A stretch of DNA of 64,000 nucleotides from Phoronis australis (lineage: Eukaryota; Animalia; Phoronida): assembly GCA_002633005.1 (NCBI GenBank), contig NMRA01000062.1, positions 1,039,981 to 1,103,980 of the forward strand, in the 5' to 3' direction. This document shows, piece after piece, positions 1-14,900 of this stretch. Within the stretch, counting starts at the first letter, position 1. Every line of letters starts with the position of its first letter. The notes under the pieces are model-generated. The model was not told the DNA's origin. It searched no databases and saw nothing but the letters and a program-made list of their open reading frames with translations. The position numbers and the translations under genes are program-made.

Positions 1-2
1 CA

Positions 3-3000
3 TCGCCTTATCCACCAACGTCGACAAGTAGTGCTGATTCTATCAAACAACCATCAACAATTGTTGCACTGTCTTCCGAACGGCTATCGACGAGTGTTGA
101 CAGTTCTTCTACTCTGCAATCGACAATAATTTCGTACCGCTCATTGCAATTCCCATCCAGTTTTACAGAATATCAGCTGATGGCAAGTAGTGGTAGCGCT
201 GTCTCTTCTGAGCTAACGAGTGAAGGATATTCTACTCAGCAGTTATTGACAAGTACAGATCAAATATCTCAACAACTATTCACGAGCATTGCATCTTCTG
301 AACAGACCTCAACAAGTTCTGTTCCACTGTCTTCTTCAGAAGCATTAACAAGTGATCTTGGATCATCTCAACAATCACCAACACTTGTACCATTCTCTTC
401 TGAAGAAGCGTCTTTAAGTACCGCTGAGCAACCACCAACAAGTGTTGTGTCATCTCAGCTGGTGTCAAGTGATGCTTCTGTGTCGTCTCAAGATTTGATA
501 AGTAGTGCACTTTTGTCTACTCAAGAGGTGTCAACAAGTAGTTTTGCTTCGTTGCAACCAACGCTATCGAGTGAATTATCTCTTGACGATAAATTGTCTA
601 CTGTTGCTGCTACATCTTCTCAGCAATTTTCGTCAACTCCAGAATCTACCCAGGAGTTAACATTTATTTCTGATTCTTCGCTGCATCCCTCAACAGTTGA
701 TGCAATGTCTTCTCAAATCATATCAGCGAGTGTTGACATCTCTGTTGATGATGCAACATCTGTAGGCTTTCAAGTTTCATCTATGCAACCATCGAGTGTG
801 TTAGATTCTTCTGAGCAAGTTTTAACAAGTTTTGTCGGCTTGTCTTCTCAACAGGCCGCCTCAAGTGAAGTTAAATCATCTGACCTTTTAACAACTGTTC
901 CTCTCTCTTCCGGTGAAGCATCAAGTACAATTCAACAGACATCAGGAAGTGTTGTGACATCTCAGCTGATGGCAAGTAGTGGTAGCGCTGTCTCTTCTGA
1001 GCTAACGAGTGAAGGATATTCTACTCAGCAGTTATTGACAAGTACAGATCAAATATCTCAACAACTATTCACGAGCATTGCGTCTTCTGAACAGACATCA
1101 AAAAGTTCTGTTCCACTGTCTTCTTCAGAAGCATTAACAAGTGAACTTGGATCATCTCAACAATCACCAACACTTGTACCATTCTCTTCTGAAGAAGCGT
1201 CTTTAAGTACGGCTGAACAACCACCAACAAGTGTTGTGACATCTCAGCTGGTGTCAAGTGATGCTTCTGTCTCGTCTCAAGATTTGTTAAGTAGTGCGCT
1301 TTTGTCTACACAAGAGGTGTCAACAAGTAGTGTTGCTTCGTTGCAACCAACGCTATCGAGTGAATTATCTCTTGACGATAAATTGTCCACTGTTGCTGCT
1401 ACATCTTCTCAGCAATTTTCGTCAACTCCAGAATCTACCCAGGAGTTAACCTTTATTTCTGATTCTTCGCTACACCCCTCAACAGTTGATGCAATGTCTT
1501 CTCAAATCATATCAGCGAGTGTTGACATCTCTGTTGATGATGCAACATCTGTAGGCTTACAAGTTTCATCTCTGCAACCATCGAGTGTTTTAGATTCTTC
1601 TGAGCAAGTTTTAACAAGTTTTGTCGCCTTGTCTTCTCAACAGGCGGCCTCAAGTGAAGTTAAATCATCTGACCTTTTAACAACTGCTCCTCTCTCTTCC
1701 GATGAAGCATCAAGTACAATTCAACAGACATCAGAAAATGTTGTGACATCTCAGCTGATGGCAAGTAGTAGTAGCGCTTTGTCTTCTGAGCTAACGAGTG
1801 AAGGATATTCTACTCAGCAGTTATTGACAAGTACAGATCAAATATCTCAACAACTATTCACGAGCATTGCGTCTTCTGAACAGACCTCAACAAGTTCTGT
1901 TAGACTGTCTTCTCCAGAAGCATTAACAAGTGATCTCGGATCATCTCAACAATCACCAACACTTGTACCATTCTCTTCTGAAGAAGCGTCTTTAAGTACC
2001 GCTGAGCAACCACCAACAAGTGTTGTGTCATCTCAGCTGGTGTCAAGTGATGCTTCTGTCTCGTCTCAAGATTTGTTAAGTAGTGCGCTTTTGTCTACTC
2101 AAGAGGTGTCAACAAGTAGTGTTGCTTCGTTGCAACAATTGTTATCGAGTGAATTATCTTCTGACGATAAATTGTCTACTGTTGCTGCTACATCTTCTCA
2201 GCAATTATCGTCAACTCCAGAATCTACCCAGGAGTTAACATTTACTTCTGATTCTTCGCTGCACCCCTCAACAGTTGGTGCAATGTCTTCTCAAATCATA
2301 TCAGCGAGTGTTGACATCTCTGTTGATGATGCAACATCTGTAGGCTTTCAAGTTTCATCAATGCAACCATCGAGTGTGTTAGATTCTTCTGAGCAAGTTT
2401 TAACAAGTTTTGTCGCCTTGTCTTCTCAACAGGCCGCCTCAAGTGAAGTTAAATCATCTGACCTTTTAACAACTGTTCCTCTCTCTTCCGATGAAGCATC
2501 AAGTACAATTCAACAGACATCAGGAAGTGTTGTGGCATCTCAGCTGATGGCAAGTAGTGGTAGCGCTGTCTCTTCTGAGCTAACGAGTGAAGGATATTCT
2601 ACTCAGCAGTTATTGACAAGTACAGATCAAATATCTCAACAACTATTCACGAGCATTGCGTCTTCTGAACAGACATCAACAAGTTCTGTTCCACTGTCTT
2701 CTCCAGAAGCATTAACAAGTGAACTTGGATCATCTCAACAATCACCAACTCTTGTACCATTCTCTTCTGAAGAAGCGTCTGCAAGTACCGCTGAACAACT
2801 ATCAACAAGTGTTGTGCAATCTCAGCTGGTGTCAAGTGATGTTTATGTCTCGTCTCAAGATTTGTTAAGTAGTGCGCTTTTGTCTACTCAAGAGGTGTTA
2901 ACAAGTAGTGTTGCTTCGTTGCAACAAACGCTATCGATTGAAGCATCCTCTGACGATAAATTGTCAACTAGTGCTGCTTCATCTACTCAACAAATTTCGT

Positions 3001-5922
3001 CAACTCTAGAATCTACCAAGGAGTTAGCATTTACATCCCTATCTATACTTCATCCGTCAACAGTTGAACCGTTGTCTTCTCAACAGGTTTCAGCGAGTGT
3101 TGACATTTCTGTTGATGATGCAACATCAGGAAGTTCACACATCTCATCTCTGCAACCGTCGAGTGCTGTATTTTCCTCTGAACAATTTTCAACAAGTTTT
3201 GCCGCCTCGTCTTCTCAACAGTCGTCATCAAGTGGAGTTGGATCATCTGAGCCGTTAACGAGTGTTCTCCTCTCATCTCACGAAGTAACAAGTACAGCTC
3301 AACAACCTTCAGCAAGTGCTGTAACATCGCAGTTTGTCACAAGAAGTGATAGTATTGTTGTGTCTTCTGAGCAGCTGCTAACGAGTGAAGGATTCTTTAC
3401 TCAACAAGCTTCAGCAAGTGAACTTGGTTCTTCTCAGCAGCTATCAACACTTGTACCATTCTCATCTCAAGGAGCATCGATAATTACCGCTAAGCAACTG
3501 TCAACAACTGTTGAACCATCTCAGCTAGTGTCAAGTGATGTTGTCTCATCTCAACCTTTGTTGATTAGTGTAGTGATGTCTACTCTACAGATGTCAACAA
3601 GTACTACTGCTTCATCGCACCAACTGTCAACTAGTGTAGCACTTTCTTTCGATACGTTGTCAACTGGTATGGCTCCCTCTTCTCTACAATCTCATTCAAC
3701 TCTAGAGGCTAGCAAAGAGTTGACATTTACACCATTTTCTGTTCTGGATGCCTCAACAGTTGTTGCAATGTCTTCTCAACAGGTATCAGAGAGTGCTGGC
3801 ATTACCGTTGGTGAGGCAACGTCTGTAGGCTCACACCTATCATCTCTGCAATCGTCAATTGTTTTAGATCAACGTTCAACAAGTTTTGCTGCTTTGTCTT
3901 CTCAACAGGCATCATTAATTGAAGTTAAATCATCTGGGCCGTTAACACTCTCTTCCCAGGATGTATTAAGTACAGCTCAACGAGCATCATCAAGCTTTGT
4001 TGCATCTCGGCTTGTGACAAGTAGTGGAAGTGCTCTGATCTCTTCTGGGCAACTGCTAACGAGTGAAGGATCTTTGACTCAACAGTTTCAGACAATTACA
4101 GCTGAAACATCTCAACAATCTGTTGCGAGTTTTGCATCCTCTGAACAGGCTTCAACAAGTTATGTTGAACTTGAATCTTCTCAACGGCCATCAACTCTTG
4201 TACCACTCTCTTCTCAAGAAACGTCAACAATTACCACGGAACAACTATCAACAAGTGCTGCACTGTCTCATCTCGTGTCAAGTGATGTTGCCTCGTCTCA
4301 ATATTTGTTAATAAGTACAGTGTTGTCTACTCAACAGGTTTCAAGGAGCACTGTTACCTCATCGTACCAACCACCTACGAGTGTAGCGTTTTCTGACGAG
4401 AAGTTGTCAACTGGTATGGGTAGTTCTTCTCAAAGACCTTCGTTAACTTTAGAATCTACCGAAGACTTTATATCTAGTTCTGTCTTACATTCCTCAACAG
4501 CTGAGGCGTTGCCTTTGTTGTCAACGAGTGTTGACATTTCTGTTTATGAAAAAACTTCAGTAGAGTCACGTCTGTCGTCTGTGCAACCATCAAGTGTTTT
4601 AACCTCTACTGAACAAGTTTCTACAAGTTTTGCCGCCTCGTCTTCACAGCAGGGGTTAACAAGTGTACTATCCTCTACCGAAGGAGTGTCGACAAGTACA
4701 GCCCAACAATCTTCGGTAGGTGTTGTAGATTCGCAGCTTGTGTCAAGTCATGATCCTGCTGTCTCGTCTGAACAATTGTCAATGAGTGTGGGATTCTCTA
4801 CAGGACAGCTAGTATCTAGTATTTTAGCTACATCCCAACAACTGTCACTGAGTATAGCATCTTCTGAACAACAAGTAGCAACTAGTGTCGATCTAACTTC
4901 TCAAAAATTGTCAACAATTACGCCATCTGAGCGTATGTCAGGAAGTATAGCTGATTCCTCTCTACATCCGTCAATGTCTGCGGTCTTGTCTTCTCAGCAA
5001 CTATCGTCGAGTTTCGCTGCTTCTTCTTCTCGGCAATTGTCAACAAGTCTAGCTCTGTCGTCTCTCCCATCAACGAGTGGGGTAGCATCTCAACAGGAGT
5101 CAGTGAATACTATTGGCTCCTTTAAAGAACCGTTTACGAGTGCAGCTTCTCAACAGGTGACAATAAGTGTTGATGCATCTGTTTCTCCGCAACTGCCATC
5201 AACCATTGGTCTATCTTTTTATCAGTCTTCAACAATCTTATCATCGTCGACTAAAACCTCGCCAACTAGTGATGTAGCCCTTTCTCAAATACAATCATTG
5301 AGTGTTGCACTATCTTCACAGTTGTCTTCATCGAGCGTATTGGTGTCTTCTCATTCAATGCCAACAAGTGTTGCTACGTCGCATTCTCTCCAGCCAGAAA
5401 TGAGTACAGCGTTATTGTCTCAACAACCGTCAACGATTGTAGCATTGACTTCCCAACAGACTTCAAGAAGCATAGCTTCATTTTCTCAAGAACAATCAAC
5501 AACTTCTGCAGTATTTTCACATCCGACTTCAACTCTTGTGACACCTTCTCCAGCCACCTCAGCTGTATCTTCTGAACAATCATCAACGGCCATGTTGTCT
5601 TCTTCTGAAGATTCGTCAATGAGTGCTACCGTCTCTTCTCAGCTTATACCAACGTCTGCGGTAGTTTCATCTCAATATGTGTCAATGACCGATGGTACAA
5701 CTGCTTCTTCTACCTCTGACCATCAGCCAATATCTACAGTTATATCATATCAACAACCATCAGCAAGTGTAGCGGCCTCCTCATCTGTGCTGTTGTCAAC
5801 TGCTGTTGTACCAACTACATCTCCGCAAATGTCGACTTTGTTGTTGTCATCAACTATTGTTCCACGAACAAGTATCGCAGCATCCACAGCTCTAGACCAG
5901 ACGACGTCAACTGTTTCAACTG
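3..5922 (+). CDS. Exon 1 (partial): >5.9 kb Ser/Thr-rich mucin domain
   Basis: Open frame from position 3; strongly Ser/Thr-rich, no Cys; donor ACTG|GTAATA, phase 1. ORF read-through to 6128 is intronic. Confidence 0.9.
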
Positions 5923-8900
5923 GTAATAAATTCCGTTTTTATATTAATTCAGCAGTCACTTTGTCAAATCTACTTCTCTTAAATTCTGTTGTACAGTTGG
6001 TCTTTCGTGTTGTTGTCAGTAACCTCTTCTTCTGTTTAACATCAACTTCCAGTTGCGTCCACCACATTATGTGCGACGCAGAACACGAGGTTCAATTTCT
6101 GAAAAAAATGTTACCGGGATCGAACTAGAAATTATTATCCGTGTGTCAATTTACAAGCCTGATTTCGAGTAAAAATATAAATCCTGGGTCCAGATTTTGC
6201 TCTTTATTTAAATCAAAGTTATGTTCGTGTTTACGATGAACCTCGTATTTTACCGTTATATCCTTCTAATTTCGCTCATGCAGTGTAAGCCGTATGGTAT
6301 TTTTTCAGTTAAAGATTGTGGAATGCCCGAGAAAACTGTAAATTCATCGGTTACAACAACAGGAAGTACCTATGGAGGTATTGCGTCGTATTCATGTGAC
6401 TCCGGCTTTGAGCCAACAGGTGGTAATAAAACTCGAACCTGCGGACCTGACGGAAATTGGACAGGAACTGCATTAGAATGTACAAGTATGTTTAACAGTG
6501 ATGGCCTTAAATTGACCATCAACGGAAGTTGCTAGGAATGCAGTGGTGCTTGTTTAATTTGAAATCAAAATTTTTGAAGTTACAAATCACCAAACATTGG
6601 TCGTTCTTTTCAATACGCAACTGCGGGGAACCCGTGGATTCCTATTGTCTTATTTACATGATGTTCATTGTGAATATTATTAAATGAAAATCTGTACTGC
6701 ACGCTTTTTAGTATGCAAAATGTTAGTATGAGCTGAGTGTCATGAGCGTAATCTTAATTAGAGGTATCTCTACCTCATTGTTTCGAGAACATTTCCGATG
6801 AACTTATCATGCGCCAACATACATGTACACGGGGTGCACTAAGTAGGCACCTCCGTTCAGGTGACTAGCATTCACAGCTACAGCTACGTAGATACTGATA
6901 TTTGGTAGGTGTATGTGCACGTGAACAATCAAAAAGGCTTCTGTGCCACCTTGTGGTAAATTTATTTTAATGTGATTAATTTCATATCTTCCAAGTTTCT
7001 CAATGGATCTAAATATCATAAATATTGAATTCAATATTTTATGTAGCAGGGAATGTCACCACCAATTTTCAGACGGCCCCGTCATATTGAGCGTTCACTA
7101 GTCGCCAATTTTATGGTGTCGTTTTTATGTCTGCCTCGCTATTTACTGAACAGTTTACAGCATCGTCATGAAATTGGATGGAAATATTTCTTTCGGCAAC
7201 ACCACGACCGATATTATAACATACATGTATTTGAACCTCTTATGGGCGGTTTAGTTATTTTAGCCTGGTCTACATTTACTTTCATACAGTTTTGGCTTCT
7301 GCTGTGCCCCTTGTAGAAAGTGTACCCCTTAACGTCAGCCTTAGCTTCACATATACAGTCTCGTGGTAAATTTTATGATATTTTTCAAACCTGTCTCCAC
7401 GCAAAAAATAGAACATATTCGTTTTTGCTTTGTTGGGGCACGATTTTGCATTTTTTTGTGGGCACCTTTCAACACTTTACCTGTCTGCTTTGAAGTTATT
7501 CTACATTTTATCATCAAAGTCTGATTCATGCTCGTGGAATACAGTTTTGGACGACTTATTTTTTCTTCCCTAAAGGCTGATTTTAGTTTTTTAGAATTGC
7601 TCCCTCAAGTCAGGATGTTTAACATAATGATCATCTCTTGTATGTAATGTAAACGATGCAGTGGCTGGGCGCATATCAAAGGTCTGCGTTTCTCTGAATT
7701 TTCTTTTTTCCGCCATTTTTGGCTGGCTCGAATTCAAAAAAAAATTACCGTTTTCAATTTTGCATTGATGTGAACTGCGTTGAATCATTATCAAATCTCC
7801 TCATCAGGAGTCAGTTGTGGAATTCCTGACGTAAACGCTAACTCAAACGTCACGGCACCTACCCATCTATATGCGGACACTGCCATCTACACGTGTGACC
7901 CAGGATATGAACAAACTGGAGGTGACCTTTTGCGAACTTGTGGTGAAGACAAAAGCTGGACTGGCGTGGCTGTACAGTGTTCAAGTAAGATATTTTGCAT
8001 TGGCTGGCCAGCAAGAGGTTTCTACGATATTAGTTTCAAAGTCAGTATTGTAAATTGCGAATTGATAATAACTAAGATGGAGATGTCTAGTCTTTTAAGT
8101 TTTCATCAAAGTAATTCTAGACAAAATGGTTTTTCACAAAATTTCATGTATCTGCAGCCCGTTCTAAGCAAAATAACAATGTGAGTCAATCTGAAGACAA
8201 AACTCCAAATTGATTTCCGATCCAAAGGGTTGATATTTTGTTTATCTTAAGTTTTTGATTGTGTTTTGTCTTAATTTTGACTAACTAATCCGATATTCAA
8301 GTTTCAAAGTTTTGAACTTGACGTAAATCTTCAATCAAAATGAAGTCAGTTACTTGGAACGCTCCCCTTCTCTTTTATCTGTTATACTCATGGGCGGCTC
8401 ACCATAAGGGGCTGGGGGGGGGGGGCTATAACCCCCCAATTTTTTAGTGCTGCGCCTCCCATGGTCTATGGGCGGTGACTACAGCTCCCACTTTTTTCAG
8501 TGCTGCACCGCCCATGATGTTGTTGTGGAAATTCAATCGTAATTACCTGTTTTGAAGAGAGTACATGAGTAGCGTTTATAGACAAGTCAGACGATTTTCC
8601 TTTGTTCTTTGGAAAAAAGGTGAGAACAGACGCACGTCTATGCGTATTAGAAACTGCTTGTACTTCTCAAACAGTATTCTGCGCTCCAAAGTCCAAGATA
8701 ATAGCATTGTTATTTAGCGTACAAAGCCAACGCTTCAACTTTAAAGAGATAAAACAAATTTTCTTTTGATCAACGGATCACTCGTTTTGAAACAGGTATA
8801 TTAAGCATTACGAACACGAGTTGAAGAAGTATGACTCACTGAATATATTTTATTTTAGACATTGACGACTGTGCAGCACCATCGCCACTCTGCATCAATG

Positions 8901-11900
8901 GCGGCGAATGTGTAGACCTCGTGCTGGGATACGAATGCAAATGTGGAAGCGGATTCACGGGATCCAATTGTGAACTATGTATGTGTGACAGTACCTCTTA
9001 TTGGCTGATACATGACACGTGTTTAGTGTGTGCTTTATGTCCCATATTCTTAGGCGGTTTACTTCACCTGAAACCCATGACTAGTAAACATCAAAGTATA
9101 CACGGAGTGTTGACAGTCGAACACGAATTGCAGCAGTACAGGGTTTGTCTATGAACTATGGCTAATATGTGTCAATCAGATCATTTATTTTTAGGAAACG
9201 ATATTCCGAGAATATTCTAATTTAGACAATTCTCTGGTATTATACACGACCTTATTATATAACAAAATTGATACCAGGGATTACCTGTGTCTGACCCAGA
9301 TAGTTTGCTGTGTTATTGACGACATGGGTGCTGTATGAGCGGTGTAATTATGGCGCCTGATGATGGGCAAAGTTTTCATTCGTCCTGATGCCCTTGGAAG
9401 CTATACTTCCTATTGTTGACATTGAGTTTGTTGTTTGGTCTAATGTTGTCGAGAAAGTCTGGCCAGCTTTGTTTGCATTACCACCATAATCCTTTATGTA
9501 TCTATTCCAATACGAGGCAAACGGATGTGATTACCTTCGTTATATTAATGCGGCAGTGAACCCGACTTTGCCGATTACCCTAAGTCAATGAAAGTTTTAT
9601 CGATCAATGACGCATCGGGCATTCCCTAAACTTATCTCAGCAGTGTATACACCTTCAACTGACGTGACCTTTCTCACAATGAATCACGAAGACTACCCAT
9701 CACCAATTATCTTTACAATAAACAATTTAATATGTAGTTTACTGAAAGTGTGCTATTTTGTGTCCAACTTTTTTCGGAAAGACATCCTGTCCCGTCCTCT
9801 GCAAATGCAGGATGAACAAAAGGGCAAACATAAACTAATAAGATACTTCATCTCACACTATAGCAATATTCTTTAAATTTGGAACACTTGTAATGTATTA
9901 GGACTCAACTTGTAACTTTTCCAAATCATTACATCAACAGCTTTTCATTTATTGTTACAGGGAATATAAATGACCTCAGTTGATTTCCTGGTCTAAATAT
10001 CTAAGTTCGATAGTAAATTAATTCAATTGTAAAGTGGAAGCACGCCTTTTGACACACGCTATGACGCAGTTCTCTTAAGCGTGCTTGGACGTGGATGCTG
10101 GCGGTTCCGTGGTGTAAGAGTGCTTAAATATTAGTGTGGTCCGATTTCCCGAGGTCGCCACCAATTTCACCTTTCCCAGTCATGGCCACACCTCTCCAGG
10201 TTAATTTTTTTTTATTTCGCGTCTGTCTTGCTGTCGATGTTGCTTCTTTACTGTACTTTGTGTTTTTTTCCAGTGGATGCTGTCTTGTCCCATTTTGTGT
10301 CTTGATTCGTCCAAATTTCCTTCACTAATTTCCCAAATATAAGAGAGCAATTGCCCCTGTACCTTTGTCAAATACTCCTGTCGTTATGGTGTTGAGAAAG
10401 GTTTTTGTTTTTCAGTTGTTGGACCACTCGAGAACTTGTGCCCCGTAAACACTCTCACGGAGACAGTTCTCACCAAGTCTCAATGGCTGAACCTTCCTAA
10501 CTTGCGTTTCCTCGGAGGCTTCAACATGTTCGGCACTGTCCACCGAAAGATTTGGGTAATGCCATTGTTTAAAGGCGATAATGACACTGACCATTGCTAT
10601 ATGAATGATTTCACAATTATTTTTTGGATGCTATTTGAAGTTGTTTTACGCACGTAAAATACGTGAGTAAGTTTAAATTAATTCTCTTGTAAACTAATAA
10701 TTTGCGGAGTAAAGTTATTTTACGCCGCAACTAATTATTTAAAGCCTCTAACAAGAACTAGCTTACGCAAGAAATTTACGTGCGTGACGTTCACTCATTT
10801 AGCCAACGGTATAAAAGTTCCTAGCGCGACATAGAACAATCCCATCTCTAGTACTGTTTGCTCTAGTGCGAGTATTCAAGATTACGATCATTACTTGCAT
10901 CTGTGATGTGAACTGGGATGACAGTGGGTCCTTATCAAGGCTCTGCGTTGCTCTTGTTATTAGGTTTCTGTTCTGATGTACCAGATCGCTATTCTGAAAA
11001 TGTGTTTGTTCTTTCAGATACATCGGAACGGTGTTATCGGTCTGAGCAACCGAGTGGCAAAGCCTTGGAATTTCAAGAGAAAACAAAAAACATTTCTGGC
11101 TCCATTCTGGCGGAAACAGAGAATAGATAACCTGGCTGCCTTGTCATATCTTGAAATTGCCCAAACGTCCAGCAATTCTGCCTACGAGAAGGGAATTTTG
11201 AGCAAATGCACCAGTGATGTCAAAAATAATTTCGACGTGACAGAGTTTGACGCCAACTATGTCTTAATCGTGAATTGGAAGTACATGAAAGAGCGTCCCT
11301 GCGGTAACCGTTGCCAGGTATTTTCAAATGTACACCTAACCAAGCACCAAACAGGTTGAGCAAACAATAAGCTTGATGTGGAAATAACTCTCGACTGCTT
11401 GACCTTCCTTTCAGTGGCTTGTCGCAAGATGAATTTAGTGTTACCTGCATTAAAAGTTTGCGGTTTGAGATTTGCAGTCACTGTCAAATCAAGCTGATCA
11501 AACTTACAAATTAGATACTAAATATGCATATTAATATATATTAACAATGACTTTCCCATCCAGCTGTCTGAAACAAAATGATACTCTGGAACCCTCTCCG
11601 ACCCTCAAAACGTTTTGAGCAAATGTTAAAACCCCGTACTAAGCCTGGCATTCGGACAAGCGTAATCTACGCTTTTGAAATATACACGTCAACTTTTTGG
11701 GGAAATACCAACGACCAAGAATCGCAACAGGTCTCTGTGACACGCTCTGTGACAAAATGAGGATTTGTTGAAATTACCAAAACAGGATTTATATTGAAAT
11801 TAACAAACAATTATGTGTTTTATGTAAATCGATGGACAGTTGGAAACATATAGAAAGAATATTGGGTAGTTTCATTAGGTGCGAACTAGCTACACATGGG

Positions 11901-14900
11901 AGATACTAGCCCCCAGTTAGATCCCATTGTATCTTTCTTTTTTGAGATGATACCGTGCTTACCTTGAGAAACGCTCTGCTCCATATCGGTAACAGAATGC
12001 ATGATTACGATTTATTTGTGTCTGAGATAGTGTATTCGCTTCGTTTGTCCGTGTCCAACCTAATCAAAATGCCAAAATTGTAATTCGTTCTATGGACAGC
12101 AGCCAAGTGAATTATTTTTGGTAGTTTTGTGCGATATGTGATTGTGCCTGTTAAGGTGTGAATATCGTCAATGAAAGCTAGAAGTGTACATCGACGATAT
12201 TCAAGCTTGTCTACATTCCTCCAGCACATCTGGCTAAGCTTTGCATGTTCCCGACCACCCATCATTTGGTCTGCACAGTTTTTATGCAGTCATCACCGAC
12301 CGCTCTATCTCAAAAACCCTTCGATTAATGTTCATGAAGTTTTGACAACTTTTGGACGGGTCGGACTACCGGTGTGCCCCGTAGTGGCAATTTTAGTTTT
12401 TACCTTAACGGATTTTCATAAAATTTGGCAGATAGGCATCTATTAGTGGGGTGACGTTATCATCCCATTTTTTCATGGATTTGGGATACTTTGCACCACC
12501 TAGTGGACATTTTACTGTTTTCGACTTCGGTTTTTGTCACACAACAAACCACACTAAGGATGATTGTGAAAATTGGCACATACGCTTATACTGTGAAGAG
12601 CATGGCTAACGATGATTTTCCGAAGACTTTGACTACTGTGTTGCCTCCTATTAGCAGTTTTGTTTTTATACGTTCAGGGATTTATCTATTAAGCCCTCTG
12701 CAGCATCTTTATTAAATTTAGCAAGTGCATTTATATGAAGTTGGCTACGGACGACGACAACTTTCGGACGGATCCGAAGAACGCTGTGCCCCCGAGTGGC
12801 AATTTAATTTTTTCCATTTTCTTGTGTTTCTCGGAAGTTCTTTGACCGTTTTTTGTGAAATTTTGTAAATAGCGTTCCATTAAAGTGCGTTTCTATTTTC
12901 GTATGAAATCGATGTATTTTGCTCCATATAGTGGTCATTTTTACTGTTTTTGGCGTCCGCCCTCTATCAAGCAAACCGCTCCAACGACTCGGACAACTGT
13001 GGGGCGTCTTAGTGGTAGTTTTTTGCGTCTATAGCTGTGCACTATCTTCAAACCTCTGCCGGATAGTGTATTCATATGAAGTTGAAAACTGACAACGATG
13101 ACATTTGGACGGATCCGACGACCGCTGTGCCACCCTAGTGGTATTTTTTTCGCTATCCTCTGCATCTTTGAAACTCCTTGGCTGATTTTTATGAAATACT
13201 ATAAATAGGCTTCTGTTGAAGAGTTGATAGGTTTCCGTTCTTGGGTACATTCGATGTACAGAGGCTGTCTTTATGATGACGAAATTTTGCAAATAAATTT
13301 CTCTTACGGGGAAGACAACACCTTCTCATTTTGGATTTGAACCATTTTATGCTCCTCGGTGGACATTTTGAAAAAAATGAGCAAGTTTTTTACATCACCC
13401 TGTCCATCTACCAAACTTCTTGAAGGATCATCAAGTTTGTAGATGTGTTAATGATCACAAGACCGAGTCTGGCGTTGAATTTCGGACGTGTTCAAGTACT
13501 CTGGCCGCATTGGCAATGTTTAGCGTACCCTGCTGTATCTCCTTTACCCCTTGCAAGATGTTTCTTGAATTTAGCAATTGTGTTTCTGTGGAGATGAAAA
13601 TAGATGAGGGTCAGCTTTAGATCAATCCTGTGCTCCCAAGTGGCAATGTGTGTTTGCCTCTGAAACTTCAGAATTCCCTGATGCTTTTAATGAAATTGGT
13701 CAGTCAAATTTCTATTATGAAGACAACAGCTTTCCTTTTTTGATGGTTTCAACATATTCTGCACCTACTATTGGCCATTTTAATTATTTTTTCAGTCTGT
13801 TTGTGTCGTTTGCTTCTGTATCTTCCAAATAGCGCTAATGGTCATTATAAATGTTGGCAGATGTTCCTACTGACAAGAGCGTGACTCAACTGACGTGGAT
13901 TTTCAAACGGGTCCAACTACTGTGGTGCCTCCTATGACATTATTTCCCATCTATGGATGTATCTTCTAAACCCCTTGCAAGACGTAAATTTTAAAAATTG
14001 TACTTCTATTAAATTGACAGCAATTGGATGGATTCGACTATTGCTGCGGTTCCTAATGGCAGTTGTTTTTTCGTTTGCCTTGCCATCTTTTGAGTCCCTC
14101 GACGGATTTTCATAAACTTTTTCAAATACTTTTGAGAGATGACGACACCTTCCCATGTTTGGATGGGTTCCAGGTATTCCGAGCCATCTAATGACCAAAT
14201 AAATACCCCTAGAAGCACACCGTTTACGGTGCAATCGTGGGCGCATTTCAACGCTCCACGTTACTGTTGTTAACTATTTTCCTAGAAGTGAGTTTTTGTT
14301 TCAGCGGTACACCTACCAAGCAGTGTTAGTGACCAATGGAGGCATGTCTTTCGTGATGTTCAACTATGATGAAATCATCCAGTTGGACGGACGAGGCAGT
14401 GTTTACGCTGGGTACAGGGACCACATTTCTGGTGAAACCTTGATGTCACCGTCCTACTCCGGAACTTATTTTATGTATGGTATCAGTACTGAGGAAGGCA
14501 ATCTGAGAACAAGCTCGGGTACAAGTGAGTATTGATTGAACATATATTGTTTGGAATTTTTTTTGTCGTTTATGCACAACTGGTATTTTTACACGCCGTC
14601 GTTTGAATTCGTTGTATTGAGGATATCTGTAAACTGAGGCGGCTTAGAAATTCAAATACTTATAATGTTGTTGAAAGTACGATAGTATGCGACAGTATTG
14701 GCGTTTCTTTTGTAGCAAGAATTACCATGACTAACCATTTGTCCAATGACATATTGGAATTGGGATGTTCATATTTTTATTGCTTTGGAGGCTATCTTGT
14801 AGTTTAATATAATAATAATTTTCAGAGGCTACCGGTAAATGGATACATCGTCTGGACAAGACACCCGATGACCTGAAAAACGACAGAAGTAAATGTTTGA

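Noticed and set aside
280-5619. Repeated minus-strand and alternate-frame ORFs over exon 1
   Set aside because: Shadows of the 789-bp coding repeat; no independent domain or splice support.
5923-6128. Hydrophobic, TM-like C-terminus of the 1994-aa ORF
   Set aside because: Lies past a phase-compatible donor at 5922 and is best explained as intron read-through; a retained-intron isoform cannot be excluded without RNA data.
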